From: Bacillota bacterium
GTDB taxonomy: Bacteria; Bacillota; Clostridia; Acetivibrionales; DTU013
Assembly (NCBI GenBank): GCA_050261495.1
Contig: JBLNDI010000038.1
Location: 1-61,268 of the forward strand
DNA length: 61,268 bases
Direction: 5' to 3'
The notes under the pieces were generated by a model. The model was not told the origin of the DNA. It saw only the letters and a list, made by a program, of their open reading frames with translations, and made no database searches. Made by a program: the position numbers and the translations under genes. Positions within the stretch are counted from its first letter, which is position 1. Every line of letters starts with the position of its first letter. Shown piece after piece: positions 20,601-29,262 of this stretch.

Positions 20601-23424
20601 CTGGGCGCTGAAGGGCCATGAATACTGGCGGCTGAAAGGGCTGCACACGGACCTTGTGCTGCTTGTAAACAGGATCGAGGGCTACTCAAAGCCGCTGAAC
20701 GATATGATCCGGAATGCAATTACCGCAAGCCACGCCAGGGAACTGGTCAACCAGCCGGGGGGAGTGTTTGTCGGAAATATTTCCGAAATGGACAAAAAAC
20801 ATGTCTTGCTATTATATGCGGTGGCAAAGCTCGTTGTCAGGGACAGTATAAATGTACTGAAAAACAGCATCAAGCAGATTGGGAAAATGTATTCGGACGC
20901 TTCGCTCAGGCAAGCGCGGGATGACGCGCCGGAGCGCCGGCCTTGCATCATTTCGCCGAATCCAAGCCATGAGAGAAAACTCCTGTTTTATAACGGCATA
21001 GGCGGCTTTTCCGAGGACGGAAGGGAATACGTTATTAATCTCGGGAACGACCGCCGCACTCCTGCGCCATGGAGCAATGTAATTACCGGCAGGAATTTCG
21101 GGTTTATCGTTACCGAGAGCGGAGGCGGCTACACATGGGCGGTAAACAGCAGGGAATTCAAGCTGACCCCGTGGGCGAACGACCCGGTAACGGACCGCCA
21201 GGGAGAAATCTTTTATATTATCGACGAGGAGGAACGGAATTACTGGAGCCCCACGCCCATGCCGGCCGGGGGCGACGGCCCCTACACCGTCAGGCACGGG
21301 TTTGGCTACAGTATTTTTGAGCATTGCAGCAGCGGTCTTGAACAGGCGCTGGCCATGTATGCCGCGCCTGGCGAACCTGTAAAAGTGTGCCTGATGACGT
21401 TTAGGAATATTACCGGCAAAAGGAGGAACCTGACAATCATGTATTATGCCAGGCCGGTGCTTGGCGTTGACGAGAGCGTGACTGCCCCGTATATAGTTAC
21501 ATGGATCGAAAACGGCATCCTTTATGCTGAAAACAAGTACAGCAGGGATTTTGCCGGAAGAGTCGCATTCATGTGCACCAGCGCCGGAACCGGCTCGGCA
21601 ACGGGAGACAGGGTATCGTTTTTCGGGCTTGATGGCGACCCTGTCAAGCCTTTCTCAGTTTTAGGCGCACAGCTTTCGGGTACGACCGGGGCCGGCCTTG
21701 ATCCGTGTATGGCTGTTGCGGGGAAAGTATTGCTTGAGCCCGGAGAAGAGACAAAAGTTGTATTTCTCCTGGGAAGCGCGGAAAATCCACGCAAAGCCGC
21801 AGAATACGCCAAAAGGCTGGTTAACCCGGATACCGCGGAGAAAGAGCTGGAATATGTGAAATCATACTGGAGAAAAAACCTGGAAGGTATCCAGGTGCAC
21901 ACGCCGGATGACTCTTTCGACATCATGATGAACGGCTGGCTGTTGTACCAGGCGATAGCATGCAGGATACGCGCAAGGTCGGGGTATTACCAGGCCGGCG
22001 GGGCATATGGTTTCAGGGACCAGCTGCAGGACAGCATGGCTGTTTTAAATACATTGCCCGAATTGACAAGATACCAGATATTGCTGCATGCTTCAAGGCA
22101 ATTTAAAGAAGGCGACGTACAGCACTGGTGGCATGCGGAGCGGGGAAACGGGATCCGCACCAGGTACTCGGACGACCTTCTCTGGCTGCCTTACGTCACG
22201 GCCGAGTACCTTGAAAAAACCGGCGACATGGCCATACTTGCCGAGCAGGTTCCCTTCCTGGAAAGCAGCGTCCTGGACGAAAATGAGGATGAAAAATACG
22301 AGGAGCCGGTGAAATCGGAAATAACTGCCAGTCTTTATGAACATTGCGTTCTTGCAATAGACAGATCGCTGGCGACAGGACCTCACGGGCTTCCGCTTAT
22401 GGGTTGCGGCGACTGGAATGACGGCATGAACGGGATCGGAAACAAAGGAAGGGGCGAGAGCGTTTGGCTCGGATGGTTCCTTATCTCCATACTCAGGAAA
22501 TTCATACCGGTATGCCAGTATATGAACGACTTGAAGCGGGTTGAAAAATACCGGGGCGCAGCCGAATTGCTGCAGGAAAATATTGAAAAGGAAGCGTGGG
22601 ACGGCAGCTGGTACAGGAGAGCATATTTTGATGACGGGACTCCGCTTGGTTCGGCAGAGAATTCCGAGTGCATGATAGATTCCGTTTCCCAGTCGTGGTC
22701 CGTGATTTCGGAAAGCGCAAAGCCGCAGCGGATGCGGGAAGCGATGGCTGCGGTGCAAAAATACCTCATAGTCGAGGGAGAAGGCCTGATAAAGCTTTTA
22801 ACCCCGCCTTTCGACGATGGAGAATTGTATCCCGGGTATATAAAGGGATATGTGCCCGGGGTGAGGGAAAACGGAGGCCACTACAGCCATGCGGCGATTT
22901 GGGTGGTACTGGCGTTTGCAAAGCTCGGGATGGGCGACAAGGCGGGCGAGTTGTTCCACATGCTTAACCCGGTCAACCATGCAAGAACCGATATTGAATA
23001 TTCCAGGTACAAGGTTGAGCCCTACGTGATAGCGGCGGACATATACGCGGATGATCAGCATGCGGGAAGGGGAGGATGGACATGGTACACCGGATCGGCG
23101 GGATGGCTTTACAAGGTAGGCCTCGAAAACATTATTGGATTTAAGAAAAAAGGAGACAGGCTGTATTTCGACCCGTGCATTCCGAAAAGCTGGGAGAAAT
23201 TTGTCGTTGAGTACCACACCGGAATGTCCTCGTTCCATATAGAGGTGAGGAACCCGGAAAGGGTCAACCGGGGAGTTTTGTATGTCGAAGTAGACGGGAA
23301 GAGATCACCCGAAGGGTTTGTAGATTTGACAATGAACGGATTCCACCGCATCCGGGTTGTCATGGGGACGCCCTACGAATCGCTGCAGGAACACGAATCG
23401 AGCTATGCTCACCCGACATTATAG
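14665..23424 (+). CDS. cyclic beta-1,2-glucan synthase-like giant (TM + GT84-like transferase + glucanase-like middle domain + GH94 phosphorylase-like domain)
   Basis: 2919-aa ORF with N-terminal and internal TM helices. The transferase motifs are YVITLDADTNLP (D-x-D) and QHRWVRGDWQ. The middle region contains TSPTNIGLMLISVISACD. The C-terminal region has GH94-type motifs (GAYGFRDQLQDS, WLGWF, HYSHAAIW). Size and domain order match Cgs/ChvB/NdvB. Confidence 0.85.
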   Translation: MDFSIAATYVILSGIIVYLLVLLLKRRSDVCVEVRDTTLAAEELQKHAMEIARNHPVGKSSKSHHWLVRRLNENYGVITRVYKAMNSDIKESFPTAPAAEWLLDNFYVIAEQVRFIGRNLSRGRYSRLPSLKKGYLKGYPRVYAIALEIVAHSNGNIDEKTITSFIQAYQSQALLSMGELWAIPLMLRIALIESIRYVCDKINLSRLEWHKAEELAARISSPDIDDAQIEITLKKYLDGMKSISPSFAEHLIRRLRKQGAGVSVVTALINKRLSNESLTVAELTAMEHQVQAEMQLEIGNYITGLKLISDLDWSDIFEILSKVEQILRKDPTGVYGMMDFESRDLYRHEVEKLARAFGVPEIHVACKAVECAENGMGDPPRDHVGYYLVGKGRKNLLGILGKSAGKQWGSFFTSAGKPKILYAGMLIFIIAFTASYLTYYAATQDGRADFLLPAITALLVLIPCSEFAIKITNSIFSHIYRPTMLPKLDLREGIPEEFAAMVIIPTLLTSPESASRLIHQLEVYYLANRDRNLFFALVGDFKDAPAKNQPSDDAVVDTAMKGIAELNRKYSGNGPSVFYYFHRERSYNTSQDRWMGWERKRGAIVELNRLLRGEKDTGYKIVSGDISGLPRIKYVITLDADTNLPMGVAKKLIGTIAHPLNRAVIDEKTGLVKEGYGILQPRISISILSANRSFFTRVFAGQGGIDPYTTAVSDIYQDIFGEGIFSGKGIYEVDIFREVLENRIPDNSVLSHDLLEGCHLRAGLVSDIELVDGYPAGYNSYAARQHRWVRGDWQLLPWLAGKTRNREGIKIKNQLSFLSKWKIFDNIRRSLLYPSLLVLIFAGIVLLPGNSLVWIGFAVLVTVSPVTTGIMNALLSGNMGCRKSKTSSTVITGTKAAVYQSVMLFMLMPHQAYLMADAIIRTVYRVFFTHKNMLEWVTAADVESSARNDMGTYLRKMWFSIAAAVAILISLQWGDRGSIIPSAASALIWIIAPAAAFRASKSTPRKRHRLSSEDYSFLRLVSRKTWSFFEDFAGESDNYLPPDNYQEDPPKGVAHRTSPTNIGLMLISVISACDMGYISWTGMLEKLDKVINTIEKLEKWKGHLYNWYDTISLEMLRPLYVSTVDSGNLVGYMMALREGMKEYQGIQAPRPSMALGLIDTLELAYGRKGTEACLGIRRQLEELGESAGMDLLKWASVLGDIRLLVESSNPADGGDEKESWMKKLVGMAEQYSDELHSFYPFLRNVDLLNILKELDSGLHESMLKPGPPEELLSRYRAAASLLDGGIPTEADAGYEKVKELSRMLNLAAAYIEENIRRNNDIIERITKLIDETEFSPLFNPKRMLFSIGYNAEDGRLSKSYYDLFASEARQASYIAIARGEVDRRHWTRMGRKMTLADGGRALVSWTGTMFEYLMPLLIMRNYESTIFDETYFFVVRAQKKYGKQRRIPWGISESGYSSLDFNLNYQYKAFGIPGLGLKRGLANDMVTAPYASMLALCVDPEAAVDNLRELADLGMDGKWGYYEAIDFTPSRLDKGRRYHIVKSFMAHHQGMSLAALNNFFNDGILQKRFHSNPVIQSAELLLQEKIPEKAVYAREFKDGRAAVVKRQEQVDGAAIRVYGLPESLPPKAHILSNGTYSVMVTDGGSGYSMNGHMAVTRWKDDYFAKNGFYIFIQNINSNTAWSATYDPYIKEPEKYRVVFSPNKAEYVRKDGNIESHLEIAVSPEDNAEIRRIYVTNHSEHTRVIELTSYLEVVLMPRREDAAHPAFSKLFIKTEFVKEKKCLLAVRRQRARGHKQQWLMHTLTIEGDVVGDLHYETDRMKFIGRNRDISNPQALDPDQPLSNSAGSVLDPVLCLRRRIRIGPGQTVKAVFAVAAAHNRKHALELADKFADLKQSERVFELSWTRSQVENRYLGLSAGEVEFYLELVPFILYHNPLRREFAGYIAENTGTQEDLWSFGISGDIPVILVEINDDEDLELVYWALKGHEYWRLKGLHTDLVLLVNRIEGYSKPLNDMIRNAITASHARELVNQPGGVFVGNISEMDKKHVLLLYAVAKLVVRDSINVLKNSIKQIGKMYSDASLRQARDDAPERRPCIISPNPSHERKLLFYNGIGGFSEDGREYVINLGNDRRTPAPWSNVITGRNFGFIVTESGGGYTWAVNSREFKLTPWANDPVTDRQGEIFYIIDEEERNYWSPTPMPAGGDGPYTVRHGFGYSIFEHCSSGLEQALAMYAAPGEPVKVCLMTFRNITGKRRNLTIMYYARPVLGVDESVTAPYIVTWIENGILYAENKYSRDFAGRVAFMCTSAGTGSATGDRVSFFGLDGDPVKPFSVLGAQLSGTTGAGLDPCMAVAGKVLLEPGEETKVVFLLGSAENPRKAAEYAKRLVNPDTAEKELEYVKSYWRKNLEGIQVHTPDDSFDIMMNGWLLYQAIACRIRARSGYYQAGGAYGFRDQLQDSMAVLNTLPELTRYQILLHASRQFKEGDVQHWWHAERGNGIRTRYSDDLLWLPYVTAEYLEKTGDMAILAEQVPFLESSVLDENEDEKYEEPVKSEITASLYEHCVLAIDRSLATGPHGLPLMGCGDWNDGMNGIGNKGRGESVWLGWFLISILRKFIPVCQYMNDLKRVEKYRGAAELLQENIEKEAWDGSWYRRAYFDDGTPLGSAENSECMIDSVSQSWSVISESAKPQRMREAMAAVQKYLIVEGEGLIKLLTPPFDDGELYPGYIKGYVPGVRENGGHYSHAAIWVVLAFAKLGMGDKAGELFHMLNPVNHARTDIEYSRYKVEPYVIAADIYADDQHAGRGGWTWYTGSAGWLYKVGLENIIGFKKKGDRLYFDPCIPKSWEKFVVEYHTGMSSFHIEVRNPERVNRGVLYVEVDGKRSPEGFVDLTMNGFHRIRVVMGTPYESLQEHESSYAHPTL

Positions 23425-23456
23425 CAACTTTTTTGACTTAAAAAAGGGAAAATATG

Positions 23457-23485
23457 TTGAATTATCAATTATAATGTAATATAAT
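23457..23485 (+). promoter_or_regulatory. sigma-A-like promoter (TTGAAT-17-TATAAT)
   Basis: The -35 box TTGAAT is at 23457-23462. A 17-nt spacer separates it from the -10 box TATAAT at 23480-23485. It lies upstream of the Spo0E-like ORF. Confidence 0.42.
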
Positions 23486-23563
23486 AATTTATAGAATTTC
23501 TATCCAGCGCTTTCAATAATAAACAGGGCTAATCACCGTTATGCCGGCGGGAGGCGGATAACC

Positions 23564-23752
23564 TTGAAAAATGAGAAGTATACGGGCCAGAGGGATTATA
23601 TCAATCAAATGCGCAGGGAGTTGCACCATCTTATCGAATGCGAGGATAACCTGACAAGCACCATTGTACAGAAGAAAAGCCGGGAACTCGATAATCTGAT
23701 TCTGATGTACTATGGGCGGAACAGTGTGCCTCAGGAATCGAGCGACCCGTAA
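23564..23752 (+). CDS. Spo0E-family sporulation regulatory (aspartyl-phosphate phosphatase-like) protein
   Basis: 62-aa ORF with a TTG start 8 nt after GGGAGGCGG. The helical hairpin sequence INQMRRELHHLIE...KKSRELDNLILMYY matches the Spo0E-like S-x-E-L-D-x-L-I signature. Confidence 0.65.
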   Translation: MKNEKYTGQRDYINQMRRELHHLIECEDNLTSTIVQKKSRELDNLILMYYGRNSVPQESSDP

Positions 23753-24555
23753 AACATTATTATCAGAAAAGGCAATACGATTAATGCGGTAGCTATATTT
23801 CCGGCGCCGGTTGTCGAAAAGTGGCCTGAAATAGTCTGACCCGCAAACAAGTAACTCGCTGCCAAACCTGAAACAAGACCTCCGACAGCACCTGCCGCAA
23901 CCATTAGCGGTGGTTGAGCCTTGTCCGAAAACGGCCTGCTGAAGTCCCTGGGGTGCATGATATCACTCCATAGCAATTTATGCTTCTTTGCAAAGGAATA
24001 AAGAAGGGGAAGAGCAATAGGCCCCAAAACCAGTGTTATTACCGTATTGTTCAATGTAATGATAATTGAAACGGCAATAAAGCTTGCCAGTTTTAAAATG
24101 TCAAGTCCCCATGCGATGATTACCGCGCATGCTGCGCTTGATATGAAACTGATAATGCCGAACTGGGCAAGCTTTAGTGCCGAATTTATTGTGGGCGAGT
24201 TGTCTTCGCCCTGCCTTGGCTTTATACCGTACCATAATTTATATGGTATGTAAGCGTACATGAAGTTGCCGATAAAACCGAACACGGAGCCGGCTGAAAG
24301 CGTACCGAAGAAATCTCCGCAGAGATTGCCCAGCGCCGAACCATAAGCTCCCGCCGGACCGAAAAGAAGACCGAATATTACCGGAAGCAGCGAGGCAAGC
24401 CTGATTTCGGTTATACCCGGTATAATGGGTATCGATTTTGTGGGCAGAAGGAACAGCATGTATATGCCTGCGCACAACACGGTGAGCGCGACCATGAGGC
24501 CGTATCTCCACATTCTGACGAGTTCCTTCACAACTATCCCCCCAAACCGATGCAT
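23731..24555 (-). CDS. polytopic membrane protein, ECF-transporter S-component / QueT-like
   Basis: It has about 6-7 TM helices. The motif LFGPAGAYGSALGNLCGDFFG...FGFIGNFMYAYIPYKLW resembles substrate-capture components. The likely start is the GTG at 24531, after GGGGGG. The function call is weak. Confidence 0.45.
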   Translation of the reverse strand: MHRFGGIVVKELVRMWRYGLMVALTVLCAGIYMLFLLPTKSIPIIPGITEIRLASLLPVIFGLLFGPAGAYGSALGNLCGDFFGTLSAGSVFGFIGNFMYAYIPYKLWYGIKPRQGEDNSPTINSALKLAQFGIISFISSAACAVIIAWGLDILKLASFIAVSIIITLNNTVITLVLGPIALPLLYSFAKKHKLLWSDIMHPRDFSRPFSDKAQPPLMVAAGAVGGLVSGLAASYLFAGQTISGHFSTTGAGNIATALIVLPFLIIMFYGSLDS

Positions 24556-24800
24556 TATCCGCAGGCATTCATGCTCAAAGCGCTGTTTGTTATTTTGCTA
24601 TTATAGAATTATTATAGAACAAAAAGGAATGCAAGTGAATGACATTGCCCGGGCGTCGCTGCGCAGCCCGGAAAATATCAGTAAATATTTTGCTTTAAGG
24701 AAAATCATGTTATAATACATTCAATTGAGAACGCAAAAGGACAATAATAAATGGAGACAAAAACAAAAGCGTTGCGGCAGATGAAAGGAGAGTCTGACAA

Positions 24801-26039
24801 ATGAGCGAAAAAATCCGGATGCAGGCGCCCATAGTGGAGATGGACGGCGATGAAATGACGAGAATCATCTGGAGACAAGTAAAAGATATACTGCTGAATC
24901 CTTATATAGAACTCAACACCGTGTATTTCGACCTGGGGCTGAAACACAGGGACGAAACGTGCGACCAGGTGACCATTGACGCGGCAAATGCGACGAAAGA
25001 ATATGGCGTGGCCGTGAAGTGCGCCACAATCACTCCAAATGCCCAGAGGGTCGAAGAATACGGCCTCAAGCAGATGTGGAAGAGTCCGAACGGAACCATC
25101 AGGGCAATACTGGACGGAACGGTTTTCAGGACGCCGATAGTTGTTAACGGCATAAGCCCGTCCGTCCGCACCTGGAAGAAGCCGATTACCATAGCCAGGC
25201 ATGCCTACGGGGACATTTATAAAAATACGGAATACAGGGTGGAAGGCCCGGGCAGGGCGGAACTTGTTTTCAAGGGACGGAACGGGGAGCAGCTTGCCGA
25301 TACGATATTTGAATTCGACGGTCCGGGCGTCGTCATGGGAATGTACAATACCGACAAGTCCATAAAGAGCTTTGCGAGATCATGCTTCAATTATGCGCTC
25401 AGTACAAAGCAGGATTTGTGGTTTGCCACCAAGGACACGATTTCAAAAAAGTATGACCATACCTTCAAGGACTTATTCCAGGAGATATTCGACAACGAAT
25501 ACGCGGAAAAATTCAAGGAAGCGGGCATCGAATATTTCTATACGCTTATAGACGACGCAGTAGCCAGGATCATCCGCTCGGAGGGCGGAATGATATGGGC
25601 GTGCAAGAATTATGACGGCGATGTCATGTCCGACATGGTCGCCACGGCTTTCGGAAGCCTTGCAATGATGACTTCCGTGCTGGTTTCGCCGGAAGGGCAT
25701 TATGAATACGAGGCTGCCCACGGAACCGTTACAAGGCATTACTACAGGTACCTGAAAGGTGAAGAAACCTCGACAAATCCGATAGCGACGCTTTTTGCGT
25801 GGACCGGCGCCCTGAAGAAAAGGGGAGAACTGGACGGGAAAAAGGAACTGGCGGATTTTGCCGGCACACTGGAGGCTGCTTCGCTGAGAACTATTGAAGA
25901 GGGTGTTATGACAAGAGACCTGGCGGCGCTTTCGGAGGCTCCTGATAAGAAGATACTCAACACCAGGGAATTTCTGCTGGAAATACAGAAGCGACTGGAA
26001 AGCATGCTCGGTACCAAGGCCGCGGGTTGCGGCGGCTAA
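24801..26039 (+). CDS. icd: NADP-dependent isocitrate dehydrogenase, type II (eukaryote-like)
   Basis: 412-aa ORF with the characteristic N-terminus [15 protein letters not shown]. Other matches are [35 protein letters not shown] and TNPIA. Confidence 0.92.
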   Translation: MSEKIRMQAPIVEMDGDEMTRIIWRQVKDILLNPYIELNTVYFDLGLKHRDETCDQVTIDAANATKEYGVAVKCATITPNAQRVEEYGLKQMWKSPNGTIRAILDGTVFRTPIVVNGISPSVRTWKKPITIARHAYGDIYKNTEYRVEGPGRAELVFKGRNGEQLADTIFEFDGPGVVMGMYNTDKSIKSFARSCFNYALSTKQDLWFATKDTISKKYDHTFKDLFQEIFDNEYAEKFKEAGIEYFYTLIDDAVARIIRSEGGMIWACKNYDGDVMSDMVATAFGSLAMMTSVLVSPEGHYEYEAAHGTVTRHYYRYLKGEETSTNPIATLFAWTGALKKRGELDGKKELADFAGTLEAASLRTIEEGVMTRDLAALSEAPDKKILNTREFLLEIQKRLESMLGTKAAGCGG

Positions 26040-26068
26040 GGCATAAAGTTGCGGGGAGTTGAACATAT

Positions 26069-27319
26069 GTGCTTAAGATAGCCGGAGCGATAGCCGCTGA
26101 ATTGCTTGATTCGTTTTTTTCGAACCATTTCTTCGCGTTATTGTATATCCTGGTAATTTTGTTCATCAGGGCACAATACCGGAAGTACCTTGAGCTGCAA
26201 AACGATATATATGGCAAGGCGCCGAAAAGCTTGAGGGAGATAATCGAGCAGATTATTCTAACCGGACTGCTGGCGGGTTTTGCGGCAAGCTTTGTTACAA
26301 TATCAGCCGGACTTGCCATAGACGCCGAAACTGTCAAGTACCTGTTCTATATCATGTGCCTGCTGCTGCTGATCGATCTCAGGTTCGTCTGCATATCGTA
26401 CGCGGCCGGCATCCTGGCGCTTGCCGGTCTGATACTCGGAATAAAAAAGATAAACATACCTCCCCTTCTTTGCCTTGCCGGAATAATGCAGCTTGTTGAG
26501 AGCGTGCTTGTTTATTTAAGCAGGAAGGATAGCTGCGTTCCTGTTTTTATACGGCATAAAGATGAAATTGCCGGGGCTTACCTGATCAGGAGATTCTGGA
26601 TGATTCCCGTCGTCTTTTTTACTTACATGGCGCAGCCTTTGGCGTCATCGCTTGATTTTGCGGCGGATTTGCCTGCGGCGTTCAATATTTCCTCCGTCGC
26701 AGGAGGGGCCTTCGCGATTGGGCTTGATTGCCTCGTGGCAGTATTGTGCTATACGGATATAGCAATAACGAGGCACCCGGAAAAGAAATCGCAGCGGGCT
26801 GCCGTGATGCTGTTCGCTTACGGCGCCGTCCTGCTGATGCTTGCCGTTTTATCGGTCAACAACCGGTGGGCGGTTTACCTGGGAACATTTTTCTGTTTGC
26901 TTGGACAAGAGTTGATCGGTTTGTATTCGCAGCATGTTGAAAGAAACGGGGTGCCGCTGTATAATGCCGTGAGGCGGGGGCTCAGGATATTGGACGTGCT
27001 TCCCGGGAGCCATGCCTGGCTGATGGGGTTGGAACGCGGCGATATAATCCTCAGCATCAACAACAGGGATATCCAGACGGAAGAAGGAGTAAACGAAGCG
27101 CTCAAGGATTTCCCCACGTTTACATGGATCAATGTGCTGGGGTGTGACGGAAAGGAAAAAACTGTCGAATACAAGTGTTTCCCGGGCGGTTACAACACAC
27201 TGGGCATCATCCCCGTGCCGAGGGAAACGGAAGTTACCTACAATATAGGGTATATCGAACGGGTGGGCATACTTCAGAATATTGTGAACAAGTTCAGGAG
27301 AATAGACAGGCCGACATAA
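26069..27319 (+). CDS. polytopic membrane protein with C-terminal PDZ domain
   Basis: It starts at a GTG after GGGGAG and has multiple TM helices. A PDZ-like segment follows (GLRILDVLPGSHAWLMGLERGDIILSINNRDI). Confidence 0.7.
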   Translation: MLKIAGAIAAELLDSFFSNHFFALLYILVILFIRAQYRKYLELQNDIYGKAPKSLREIIEQIILTGLLAGFAASFVTISAGLAIDAETVKYLFYIMCLLLLIDLRFVCISYAAGILALAGLILGIKKINIPPLLCLAGIMQLVESVLVYLSRKDSCVPVFIRHKDEIAGAYLIRRFWMIPVVFFTYMAQPLASSLDFAADLPAAFNISSVAGGAFAIGLDCLVAVLCYTDIAITRHPEKKSQRAAVMLFAYGAVLLMLAVLSVNNRWAVYLGTFFCLLGQELIGLYSQHVERNGVPLYNAVRRGLRILDVLPGSHAWLMGLERGDIILSINNRDIQTEEGVNEALKDFPTFTWINVLGCDGKEKTVEYKCFPGGYNTLGIIPVPRETEVTYNIGYIERVGILQNIVNKFRRIDRPT

Positions 27320-27357
27320 GGCTATCATAAACTGTTTGTCATAAAGGGGGGCAGGAT

Positions 27358-29235
27358 ATGGCTCTGCTGGATACCAAGGGTATGTATGAAAGCGCCCGGA
27401 GGCTGGGACAAAAAGAGTATTCGAGGAATATATCGAAAGGCCAGACCGGCTATTTGCCTTTCCTCGAAGGCGTTCTTAAAAATATCGATATTGTATACGA
27501 AATGGACCTGGGCGTTATTGATATTCCTCTTAAGAAAATCGTCGGCACCTATACTTACGGCAGGAGCAGGTCGTTTGCAAGCAATTTCATGCCGCTGCTC
27601 AAGCCCGGCAGCGAATTTGCGAGCAAATGGACGGTTCTCTGCAAAGCCCACTTGAAAGAAGGAATCCGCGACCCCATCAAGGCATACGAATACCTGAACT
27701 GGTTCTATGTAGTGGAAGGAAACAAGAGGGTCAGCGTTCTTAAATATTTCGACGCATATTCCATACAGGGCCAGGTATACCGGCTGGTCCCGAAGAGGGA
27801 TGAAAGCGATCCGAACATATCCATATACTATGAATTCCTTGACTTTTACAAGAATACCGGCATCAACGTGGTGTGGTTTACGAAAAAGAACTCTTTCAAC
27901 AGGCTCTTCAGCTATCTTGAGAACTTTTCCGGCGGGTATAAAACGTTTGTCAGTTCCGTGTACCTGCCGTTCAGAAAAGTATACCATGAACTGGGCGGGC
28001 AGGAGCTTCCCATAACAACAGGCGACGCATTCCTGGAATACATCACGGTTTACGGCATGCCCGATGAAATCGACGAAGATGAATTGAAACCAAGGCTTGA
28101 GGGATTCATAACGGAGCTTGGGCAATTAAGCGGGAAAGAGGCCGCCGATGTTCAAACGGAGCCTATTGATACCGGTGAGAGCCTGATATCAACCCTTACA
28201 ACCTTTGTCAGGCCGAAAAAAATATTCAAGGTTGCATTCGTGTACGCAAAGGACACTAAAACGTCAAGCTGGACATACTCGCAGGAAATGGGCAGAATCC
28301 ATGTGAGCAAGGTCCTGAACGATTCGGTCGTCACATCCTTTATCGACAACGTTCCCGAGTCGCCGGAAGCGTACGGGGCTTTAAAGCAGCTCGCGGAGGA
28401 TGGAAACGATGTTGTGTTTGTTACCAGCCCCGCTATGATTAATGTAACGCTGAAAGCCGCGCTGGAATACCCCAGGACCAGGTTCCTGAACTGCTCAGAA
28501 ACGCAATCTTATAAACACGTAAACACCTATTTCGGCAGGATATACGAGCCCAGGTTCCTTGCAGGCATTGCTGCAGGGGCGGTAACAAAAACCGATACGC
28601 TTGGGTATGTCGCATCCTATCCCGTTCCCGGGGTAATAAACGGCATCAATTCATTCGCGCTTGGAGCCAGGATGGTAAATCCCAATGCAAAAGTGAAGGT
28701 TGTATGGATCAACAGCTGGGATAACGTGGAGGATGCAAAGAAAGCAAGCCGGGAGCTGATCAGCCGGGGCGCCGACATTATTGCCCACCATGATACGCTT
28801 TCCGACCGCAGGGTTTCAGGGGAATACGGCGTCTATGCCGTGACCGGCGAAGCGGCCGGTACGGCCGGAGGAGGTCGGGGACGCCGTGAATATATTGCTG
28901 CTCCGATTTGGAACTGGGGCATCTTTTATGAAAAGATGGTCAGGAACCTGATGAATAGCACCTGGAAACCTTTCGGCGCGGAGCAGAAAGGCATCAATTT
29001 CTGGTGGGGACTCGATTCCGGCATAGTTGATTTCTTCTATTCCAGGAGGCTGGTCCCGCTTGAGACGCAGAAATTGCTGGATTTTCTGAAAAATATGATT
29101 ATCAGCGGCTCATTCCACCCTTTCACGGGGCCGGTCCATGACAGGAACGGCATTCTCAGGGTTAAAAAAGGCGAATTTGCCACGCGCGAGCAGATTATAA
29201 ACATGGATTGGTTTGTCGAAGCGGTAAGTGAATAA
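27358..29235 (+). CDS. cytoplasmic fusion: ParB/Srx-like N-terminal domain + BMP/PnrA-like (periplasmic-binding-fold) domain
   Basis: The N-terminus reads IDIPLKKIVGTYTYGRSRSF..NFMP...IKAYEYLNWFYVVEGNKRVSVLKY and resembles ParB-like D-G-x-H-R-V-S domains. The C-terminal roughly 330 aa (KVAFVYAKDTKTSSWTYSQEMGR...GYVASYPVPGVINGINSFALGARMVNPNAKVKVVWINSWDN) resembles BMP-family nucleoside-binding proteins. There is no signal peptide or lipobox. Confidence 0.6.
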   Translation: MALLDTKGMYESARRLGQKEYSRNISKGQTGYLPFLEGVLKNIDIVYEMDLGVIDIPLKKIVGTYTYGRSRSFASNFMPLLKPGSEFASKWTVLCKAHLKEGIRDPIKAYEYLNWFYVVEGNKRVSVLKYFDAYSIQGQVYRLVPKRDESDPNISIYYEFLDFYKNTGINVVWFTKKNSFNRLFSYLENFSGGYKTFVSSVYLPFRKVYHELGGQELPITTGDAFLEYITVYGMPDEIDEDELKPRLEGFITELGQLSGKEAADVQTEPIDTGESLISTLTTFVRPKKIFKVAFVYAKDTKTSSWTYSQEMGRIHVSKVLNDSVVTSFIDNVPESPEAYGALKQLAEDGNDVVFVTSPAMINVTLKAALEYPRTRFLNCSETQSYKHVNTYFGRIYEPRFLAGIAAGAVTKTDTLGYVASYPVPGVINGINSFALGARMVNPNAKVKVVWINSWDNVEDAKKASRELISRGADIIAHHDTLSDRRVSGEYGVYAVTGEAAGTAGGGRGRREYIAAPIWNWGIFYEKMVRNLMNSTWKPFGAEQKGINFWWGLDSGIVDFFYSRRLVPLETQKLLDFLKNMIISGSFHPFTGPVHDRNGILRVKKGEFATREQIINMDWFVEAVSE

Positions 29236-29262
29236 CGGAAACCGGACCGTGCGCTGCCGAGG

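Noticed and set aside
27325-28125. 266-aa minus-strand ORF
   Set aside because: It is antisense to the 5' half of the ParB-like/BMP gene. It has no Shine-Dalgarno sequence and no motifs. The plus-strand frame is the one with domain similarity.
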